Below, piece by piece: positions 53,615 to 64,000 of a DNA stretch of 64,000 nucleotides (positions within the stretch are counted from its first letter, which is position 1; every line of letters starts with the position of its first letter). Origin of the DNA: Octopus vulgaris (taxonomy: Eukaryota); NCBI GenBank assembly GCA_951406725.2, contig OX597823.1, positions 53,568,001 to 53,632,000 on the forward strand, written 5' to 3'. The notes below the pieces were generated by a model, which had not been told where the DNA came from, did no database searches, and was given only the letters and a program-made list of their open reading frames with translations. Position numbers and translations under genes: made by a program.

Positions 53615-53968
53615 CATACCTCGGTACTATGGACTAAAAGTGGGGGGGGGGACATTTGTTCGGTGAAGACGATTGTCCATAGGTATCAACACTAAGGTTA
53701 GGTTATGTTAGGAGTGGCTAATATCAACAATTACATTATGAAAGATATAGGAAAAAGTACAATAATGTACTTTTAATCGAATACACTATCTGATCTGACA
53801 GTGTAAAATACCTATACACTGTAAATATACACTATAATACAGTAAATTCAACATTTTAAATTTAAAATCAGATTTACCATGGATGGTGAAGATGTGTTGT
53901 TTATATGCAATGGTTTTGTCTGCTGCCTCCAAAATCCGTTAAAGGGAGGTCTGTAGTACCAAGGTATG
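53615..53968. mobile_element. MITE with 20-bp TIRs
   Basis: catacctcggtactatggac and gtctgtagtaccaaggtatg are 17/20 complementary; internal ggttaggttatgttagg. Confidence 0.7.
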
Positions 53969-54106
53969 CATGTATGTACGCACATATATATATGAATCCA
54001 TAGATGCATAAATGTAAGTATAAACACATAAATACACATACATATTTATCTATTTATTTATATTTATATCTATCTATCTAACTATCGATACATATATCTA
54101 TAATTA

Positions 54107-54478
54107 TCTCTCTATATATAAACGGCAGTTTGTCTGTGTGTGTTTCTGTGTGTCTGTTAGGTTGTACCCTCACCCTGACCACGGCTTTCAACCGATTCTG
54201 ATGAAACTTGACACACACATAGCCCAATGTCATAATTCAAAACTAACGCAGCGAAAATTTTGAAAAGTTCCCCCAGAACTGAAAAAAATCGATAAATTCG
54301 ACATGGGGTCGAGAATCAGAAACACAAACCACAGACTGTCTAGGGAACGCAACTCGACCTTTTTAACTAAAAAAAAAATTTACCATCATTTTTTTTCCAT
54401 TTTTTGGCTATAACTCTCTAAAAATGCTTTATAGTTATTTCCCTTACAAACCCGAGCAACGCCGGGCGATACTGCTAG
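54107..54478 (+). mobile_element. non-autonomous Helitron
   Basis: 5' a|TCtctctatatataaac; subterminal hairpin cccgagcaacgccggg (54451-54466); 3' CTAG|t; inserted at A|T with no TSD; (gt/ct) microsatellite near the 5' end. Confidence 0.9.
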
Positions 54479-55164
54479 TATATATATATATATACACACC
54501 CACATATATATATATATATTCTCACACTGTCCATGGTGCCTATTCCCATCAGTAATTCCATGTTAGTATGCTAGTCAATCTCTCTTTCCGCTGTCTCTTT
54601 AATTACTTATCTATTTTTCTATCTAATTGTCAATCTAGTAATCTCTCTCTTACTTCCTCTTTCTCTCTCTCTCTCTCTCTCTCTCTTATATACACACACA
54701 TACAGGTACACATGCATACACATATCAATGTATGTAAATATCCTTTCATTGAAGTGTATATACATATATTTATATGCACCTATATATGCATCAATGTATA
54801 TATATGCATACAGGCATACATGCATATATGCATGCACGTATGTAAGCATGTATGTGTGTCTCAGTTGATAGATACATCGATATCTAAAGCGATAGGTCAA
54901 CAGACATAAAGAAAGATACGTGAATTTATATATAAATATAGTTAAATATAGTTAAATGAATGGCTGGAGAATTAGGAAGCCAGACAGATAAACAGATATG
55001 CAAAGAGATAATAAGAGATCAAGAAAGTCGTGCATGCATCAATCTGTGGCTGTATGTATATATATATATATACACACACACATATGTATATATACATAAT
55101 ATATATATTTCTATATATATAAACAAATGAATAGATAGGCTGTAAGAAGGATGATAGCAAGATT

Positions 55165-55217
<53 letters not shown>

Positions 55218-55495
55218 TGAGAGATAGAGAGAGGTGGATAGATGTAAGGGCAGATGAGTGAGTAGGTAGGCAGATCAATAAATCTATGCATGCACTGATA
55301 TTTAATTTGTTACTCAACTTTCCAAGTAGGTACCCTCTTTCATCCTTTTTCTCTATGCTAAAAATTTTAAATTCATGTATGTAGATGGACGTATACACAG
55401 ACACATACTCAAACGCGTACACACACACACACACACACACGTAGTTTGACTAATGGGCAGATAGACAAATAGACGGATAGATAGATAGATAGATC

Positions 55496-55571
<76 letters not shown>

Positions 55572-55749
55572 TATATATAGAGAGAGAGAGAGATAGATGA
55601 TGGATGGATAAATGGATAGATAGGTAGAGAGAGAGAGAGAGAGAGACATATGGATTGATGGCGGAATGATATGATCAATCAAGAACATTCAGTTGATCAA
55701 GGAATTAATCAATCAACAGATGATTCAATATATACATATATATATATAC

Positions 55750-55810
<61 letters not shown>

Positions 55811-56612
55811 TATATATATATATATACATACATACATACATACATACATACATACATACATACATACATACATACATACATACATACATACATACATACA
55901 TACATACATACATACATACATACATACATGCATACATACATACATACATACATATGCATATAAATGTAAATATATGATATATATATAGACAGAGAGAAAA
56001 TATATATATATATATGTATGGGTATGTGTGTGTATATATGTATGTATGTATCATGGTAGATCAGTGCATGGGATAAGAGAGGGGACAGAGAGAGAGAGAG
56101 AGAGAGAAAGAAAATAAGAAATGCAGACAGCAAAGAACTAGAATGAAGAACAAATGAAAAGAGACTCACATACTGATACACTCACTGTTTGCTTTGAACT
56201 GTGTATATTTACACAGTGTTTCCCCTCCTCACCAAACATTTCCCAACCATCACCCCCCACCCTGTTTGTACCCATAAACCCCCCAACCAACCACCTACCA
56301 TCCCCAGCATACCCCCGCCGCTTCACGAAACAACAAAACACAAAGAATGGATAATAACAGCTTCTCCATTATCAAACGACTATATGATGTCTACTTTAAG
56401 TGTATTCCATTCAGAAATGAAATCAGGCAGATATACTGACAAAGGTTGCAGCCTTACAAAGCTATCCATGTACACCTATACAACCATCCCATCATCCTAC
56501 ATCCTATTATACATGCTTCCACCCATATGCCTGTATATTATGTGCGTATGCAGGCATATGTGCGAGTATATAAATGTATGTATATATGTATGAATGTATG
56601 TATGAATGTATG

Positions 56613-56643
<31 letters not shown>

Positions 56644-56786
56644 GTATACATACACGTACACATTAATCTATATTTACATGCACACATGGAAATATATATG
56701 TGCACCTGCACATATAATTATGAATGCATGTATGTATATTTGTGTGCGTGCATGTATATATATGTGTGTGTGTGTGCATATATGTG

Positions 56787-56864
<78 letters not shown>

Positions 56865-57621
56865 TATACATACAAACATATACATGCACATATCTATGTG
56901 TGTGTATGAATGCATGGCTACCTTAGAAATGCCTTTGAGTTTTTATATTTCATTATAAATGAACTCAGAAGGTTGGTCCTCCAACCAGGCCTTTCGCACT
57001 ACCCTTCAAGCCAGGAACTTTTCAACAGCCCCTCATATGTGTGTGTGCATGTATGTACATATGTATATATCTATTTATCTATCTCTATATATAATATGCA
57101 TGTCCCTTTAGAAATACATATGCAAACTGCATAGATACCTATATGCAGAGATCTTAATAGTCCACGCACACAGCTTACACATAAAAGATAGGGATTGATT
57201 TAGCATCGATGTAATCACATGCCATGCAAAAACTCACAGGTCCAAATTATATATTTGGACAATAAACACTGGCTAAAGAGCTTAACAATGAACGTCTCCA
57301 TTGTCATTTGACTCGCCAGAAATAACAGTTAGTTTCTCCTAAAATCAAATACAGCCATGTGAAGAAAAAAAAAAAGCAATAACAAAAACAAAAGCAAAAT
57401 GACTTTACAGTGTAAGATGTATTTCTTGATACACTGAACTTAAGGAAAAGATTGGATGATCATCTTGGTAAAATCTTTGATTATGGGTTTAGTTGATGAA
57501 AATAGAATTGGGGTTAAAGGGCAACAAAATCCGATAAAGAAAAATGATTCAGTATTAGATATGAAAAAGGCTTCAAGTACAAATTAATGTATTTACTTAA
57601 TTTCATATTTGCTTCATATAT

Positions 57622-57670
<49 letters not shown>

Positions 57671-57885
57671 GTATATGTGTGTTAATATGCATATATATTA
57701 TACTCTTTCTCTCCCAGTCTCTTTCACTCACTCTCTTTCATTTTGTGTGTATGTGTGTGTATGTGTGTAAAAGTATGTGGGAACAAATAGAAAAATTCTT
57801 CAATACATAAGTGTATATATTTATTTCTTTAAGCTGTTAAATAATTAATTCAGTGGTGAGAGTATCAGGCATCGTTGTATACATA

Positions 57886-57964
<79 letters not shown>

Positions 57965-58535
57965 GTATATTTTATACATTTATATATATATATATGTTAT
58001 ATACATATATATATATATATATACATATATACATATACATATAGATAGATAGATACATTCTACTAAAAATTCTTCAAGGCGCTGCCGCAACATGGCCACA
58101 GTCTAATGGCTAATGCAAGTAAAAGATAAAAGATATATATATATATATATACACACATATATATATACATATATATATATATACATTCATACATACTCAC
58201 ACACACACACACATACATACTCAAAGACAAATATTGATACTTCTATCTGTCACATGTATTACTTGCAGTGGGGATGTTTCAAGTCTTGAGATGCCACAGT
58301 GCAACAAACCTGTCCAACCCATACTGGATTAGATTAGTGACTACTAGCAATAATACTGATAATGATAAACATTATTCTTATCATGATATATATATATATA
58401 CACTTTGTGTATATTTTCTAAATAATATTTCCATTTGCTTATATTATATTTGATAATGTTAAAATCAGCATTATAATGGAGATATGAAAAGTTTACTGTG
58501 TATGTGTGAATACACAGATGTGTACATATATATGC

Positions 58536-58566
<31 letters not shown>

Positions 58567-59459
58567 TACATACATATACATATATATGTGCATATATTTT
58601 TTATGTATGTGCATGCCAGTATGGAAGACAGACGTTAAATAATGACAATGATGTTATATACATATACTTACACATACATATGTACGTATATGCACATAGT
58701 CATTTGCATATACATACATACATATAAATTGTACATATATTTATATATTTGTTTGTGTACCTATATATGAATAAGTATATGCTGCTTTTAAACATACATG
58801 CCTCCATATATGTATGTATATATATATATATTATCTTTCATATCTTACGGGTGTCAGCCAGAGGCTAAGGCCACTCTGGAGCACCACCTTTCAGTGTAAC
58901 TGTGTTTCTTTTCTCTACCATTTCTGGTGAATCCAGCAAGTTGGACGGGACTGCTCTTCTTTGATAATATCAAAAATCATCTGAGAATCAATGAAAGATT
59001 TAGCAATGCCCCAGCATGGCCACAGTCAAATGACTAAAACATATGTCTTTATGTATTTCTGTGGGGTGGGTGTATATATGCAGTTCTGTGCATGTGTGTA
59101 CATGCACATGTGCATGTGTGTGTCTGTTTGTATGCCCAAATAGTATTATATAAGTTACACATGGTCTGACTCAATACTAGCCAAAATTTTCCTTACTTCA
59201 TCTCTTCCTCCTTTTCTCCCTCACTCTTTCTCTCTCTCTCTATATATATATATAAATAGATGAGTGTATTTTCCCTTGTTAACAGTATTTGAATTATACC
59301 TGCATTAAACTCCATTTATTTATTCATTTATCTATATATATTAATGTTTACCAGAAGTAACAGAGTGATTCAAGGTCCAAGAGTTTCATGCATTAACACT
59401 TAATAACAATATACAGTTTTATTTTACCTGTTTGCACCAACATACCTGTGTGTGTATGT

Positions 59460-59527
<68 letters not shown>

Positions 59528-59532
<5 letters not shown>

Positions 59533-59806
59533 TAAATAATAAGGGTAGAAATTGATTTTAATCAATCAAAACCAGTGGTTTAGTATATATAAAAAATCTG
59601 AAGATTAAAAATTGTGTTACATACAAAATTAAGAGGAATGACACCTATTAAGTGGACACCTAATATGCTAAACATAGACATTAAATTGCCATTATCTCGA
59701 AGAATGTGTTCTCAGGAAAAAATCTCAGCAAAATACCAAAATGTAAAAATGAGCATTTGATGTCTATGTTTAGCATATTAGGTGCCCACTTTAGTGATCA
59801 TTCCTC

Positions 59807-59814
<8 letters not shown>
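59528..59814. mobile_element. insert within (TA)n whose last ~60 bp are an inverted copy of an internal segment (Penelope-like inversion)
   Basis: aaaattaagaggaatga..cacctaatatgctaaacatagacat (59625-59686) is the inverse of 59755-59814; (TA)n on both sides. Confidence 0.65.
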
Positions 59815-59848
<34 letters not shown>

Positions 59849-59983
59849 GCACACACATACATTCACTTTATTTGCAGTTGAATCTTTCTTTTGATCTGAC
59901 TCAAAGGTTATTCGATATCCTTTATCAAATGCTGAATTATATAGATCCAACACAATATTGAGTTGTGCCTTTTACTTGTGTAT

Positions 59984-60030
<47 letters not shown>

Positions 60031-60416
60031 AACACACACACATACGAACACATACACCTGCACACACATATATATATACACACACACAAACACACACACA
60101 CATATATATAGATAATACTTGTTGAATTTATTGTATTATTCATGTCCTATTTATACTGTCATAACAAATCTTTTGTGAAAAATAAATACCTGGGTTGATT
60201 CATTTTACTAAGGTTCTCTTCAAAGTTGTGCCCAAGCATGGTCGCAGTCTAATGACAGAAACAAATCAAAGGTGGATGTTTTGCAAGATATGTACTATTT
60301 ATTCCTATAAAAGAAAGAAATTCACAACTTTGATATGGCCTTTATTTATATTGAAAATACACGTTACGTAACATAAAGAGTTTATGTATAGATTTGCATA
60401 CATTTGAAAGAGAAGC

Positions 60417-60631
60417 ATTCTTTTCTACTCTAGACACAAGACCCAAAATTTTTAGGGAGGGGCCAGGCGATTAGATCGACCCCAGTACACAACTGGTACT
60501 TAATTCATAGACCCTGAAAGGATGAAAACCAAAGTCAACCTCAGTGGAATTTGAACTCAGAACGTAAAAACAGATGAAATACCACTAAGTATTTCACCTG
60601 GCATGCTAACATTTCAACCAGCTCACCACCT
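60417..60631 (-). mobile_element. SINE family A
   Basis: Reverse core and head ending ccagctcaccacctt. Confidence 0.9.
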
Positions 60632-60991
60632 TGAGAAAGAGAAACAATGTATTGTTAACTCACAAACTCACAAAGTGTCAGTCTTGATAGATAGCATTAT
60701 TCCTTTCTGTCTAACATTATATAATATACACACACACATACATGTATACTTTGTATTTGATGTATTTAATATATTTAATGTATAATTGATGTGTCTAATT
60801 TGTTCGTTAGCATTGTTGCCTCTATACCCACTCAACATGATCCCTCTTATAGCTTTTCTTTACTTTATGGAATGATCCCCTGTTAAGACATCAAAGTCTA
60901 AGTTTGGATCTTTTGAGCACTACTAAGTGTCTTCTGTACCAAGAATCTCTGGATCTTATCTGTGGACTATATATACATATACACATACACA

Positions 60992-61104
<113 letters not shown>

Positions 61105-61113
61105 ATATATATG

Positions 61114-61152
<39 letters not shown>

Positions 61153-61256
61153 CACACACATTTACACACACACACACACACACACACATACATATATGTA
61201 TTTGGTAATGCAAACAGGAAAAATAGAACTGAAAATAATGATAATAAAATTATATA

Positions 61257-61288
<32 letters not shown>

Positions 61289-61364
61289 CACTCACACACA
61301 CATATATATATATATACACACATATATATATACATATATACATATATATATATTTATATATATG

Positions 61365-61399
<35 letters not shown>

Positions 61400-61520
61400 G
61401 GCCTGCTCGCTTAGCCAGCGGGGTGGCATCATTTGGAGGCTAAAACAATGCGAAGCGCATTGTGACCAGCGATGTGTAGCAACATCTGATAGCCTGGTCA
61501 GTCACGGTGATCACGGTGAT
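61400..61520 (+). mobile_element. short CpG-rich retroelement 3' fragment within (TA)n
   Basis: GC-rich 120 bp flanked by TA repeats, ending in tandem tcacggtga x2. Confidence 0.5.
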
Positions 61521-61704
61521 ATATATCTATATATATATTCATATATATATATTGTATATAACATGTTTATGGGAGTTGTAGGTTCAAGTACCACTGACAC
61601 CCTTCAACTTTTTCTATCCAAATGGGTTAACATAATATTTACATGTTGTTGCTTGTAGCTTTTGCTGCTGCTTCAAAATCCCCTCTTCCAAAAGAGAATT
61701 GAAT

Positions 61705-61749
<45 letters not shown>

Positions 61750-62223
61750 CAGCGTGTGTGTGTGTGTGTGTCAGAGTAGGTGCTATGTTTTATTATTTCT
61801 AGTATAAGTATAATATCTCTTCTTATTCAGAGATGAATAAATTTAATAAAATTGCTAAATAAAAATAAACAAATAGCAAAACCTGAATACTCCAAACTAA
61901 ATTTAAAAAAAAAAAGAAATACATTCTGGCTAAATTTATCATACTTCATATTTTATTTAATCAATAAATATGCCTCTGTTGATATAACAAAATTTGGATT
62001 GAAAATTTCTCTTCCACTTTGAAACATATTTTAAATAATTTTTTTCTATTTTTTTTACCTCAATTTTTACAGCTATTATTGTATTTCATTCTAGTAACAT
62101 TAAACCAGTTTGTTTTCATGACATTTACTTAATTATTCAAAATAAAGCATAAATTAATCAGAAGATTCCTTGTACAATTTTACAGTAATTTATGAAAGCA
62201 TCAGATTTAAGAATTAGACAAAT

Positions 62224-62690
62224 AGGCATAGCAGTGTGATAAGAAGTTTGAAGTTTGCTTTCCAACCACGTGGTCCCAGGTTCAGTCCCACTGTGCAACA
62301 TTTTGGGCAAGTGTCTTCTACAATAGCCTCGGGTCAACCAAAGGCTTGTGAGTGAATTTGGTAGACAAAAACTGAAAGAAGTTCATCATACTTTTATTAA
62401 AAAATTCAATATTCATATTTACACACACACACACACATATATATGTGTGTGTGTGTGTGTGTGTATAAATATATATATATATATAAGTTCAGCAAAATTT
62501 AGATTCAAATGAATATGGTACTTAAGTCAGATGCATCAGAATTTTGTACAGTGTTATCCATATAAATCCATGGGGTGATTATAATCAAAGTAAGCAACAA
62601 GATTATATTCGGTAATTTGGTACGATCGGTAATTTTGTAGCGTGAAACGATCGTACCAAATTACCGAAGATATTCTTGTTGCTTACTTTG

Positions 62691-62760
<70 letters not shown>

Positions 62761-63060
62761 TGTATGTATGTATGTATGTATGTATGTATGTATATGTATA
62801 TTTGTATGTATGTGTGTGTGTGTCTTAGTGTCTGTGTTTTTTGCTACCACTGTTTGACAATCAGGGTTGGTGCGCTTTTGTCTCTATAACTTAGCAGTTT
62901 AGCAAAAAATAATGATTCAATAAATACCAGAACGATACTTAACAACAAAGAAAGAATAAGTACTGGGATCAATTCATTCAACAAAAAAAAATTGTCTAGG
63001 CAGTGCCCCAGCATGGCCATCCACAGTCTACTGAACTAAAACAAGGAAAAAGATAAGAGA
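62224..63060 (+). mobile_element. SINE family B whose internal microsatellite has expanded and captured another insert
   Basis: Head at 62224-62390, 3' module at 62820-63060. Confidence 0.8.
62486..62697. mobile_element. Penelope-like insert within (TA)n with a terminal 49-bp hairpin and the 3' half of a hammerhead motif
   Basis: Arms 62580-62628 and 62648-62697; the loop junction reads gcgt-GAAAC-gatc-GTA-cc. Confidence 0.6.
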
Positions 63061-63257
63061 TAACAGTTAAGAGATAGCAATAGATCCTTGAGATACTCCA
63101 CATACTAACCGATTGAGTGTTTAGCCCATGAATGACCCTTCTTGAATTCTTTGATCTCTCAACTGATTCTCCAAAAATACCAGTTTCTTTTCAAATGATT
63201 TTAAATTTCTATATAATTAGTTAACAAATTATATCCCTTCATTCTGTAATATCTATA

Positions 63258-63410
<153 letters not shown>

Positions 63411-64000
63411 ATTGGTGAACCAATCAAGGAGTCTAAATGTGGTCGGTCATTATACGAGAGGCAGTGGACAAATTTTAATAAAGGGATACATTAAATAATA
63501 TTGCAACAGATAAACACTATCTGAAAAAGAAAATTTAATCCTCGATCAAGTCAGCACAATTAAATACTGATCTGGAGTTAAACAGCAGCAAAAAACAGCA
63601 ACAGCAGCAATTACAATAACAGAGATATGTAGAGGATTTTTAAGAATTTTGTTTCTATGAGAATTTCGCTCCCTTCCACAGTATTCAATTAGCTGCCAAA
63701 TTATTGCTGTTTTTGAATGCCTGTTTGCTCACCATTAGAATTTCTGTCATGCATAGAGGAAGCAGGCTTCTAAAATTCAACTCACTGTAGCAGGAACACC
63801 CAGAGTTTCTACTGCTGGAAGTGGGTGTTGTCAATTTCAGGCAAAAATGCATTAAAATTTCAAATGCATTCTATTTAACTGTTTCTCTTTATCACTCAGT
63901 GTATCGCTCTCTCTTTCTTATTCTTTCTCTCCTCCTCCCTTTCTCATTCTCTCTGTCTCCTCTCTATCTCTTACCATTTCTTTCTGTACATATTTGTATA

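Noticed and set aside
53695-53712. Telomeric TTAGG-like repeats
   Set aside because: Only 2-3 imperfect units, internal to a MITE.

Overview
This is eukaryotic, AT-rich DNA saturated with microsatellites, not a prokaryotic window. From recall only, the SINE families and the density of (TA)n/(TG)n/(TAGA)n/(AAT)n/(GAT)n tracts point to an octopus or other coleoid cephalopod genome. I find no intact host protein-coding gene, and nearly all ORFs in the supplied track are translations of simple repeats. The window reads as intronic or intergenic transposon debris. It holds a decayed Buster-type hAT transposon (4113-7773) nested inside other TIR pairs, plus two of its MITE derivatives. It also holds piggyBac-like MITEs, a non-autonomous Helitron, RTE, L1/Tx1 and RLE-type LINE fragments, and at least three tRNA-derived SINE families. 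The most interesting observations are four: (i) several unrelated short inserts within (TA)n tracts carry hammerhead-ribozyme-like relics and inverted ends (Penelope/retrozyme-like); (ii) the same MITE sits at the same site in two copies of one SINE; (iii) there is a ~500-bp near-perfect palindrome and several other inverted pairs; (iv) a clean 16x17-bp array has grown out of an RTE 3' UTR. Coordinates were read by eye and may be off by a few bases. Family names are from recall and need database confirmation.
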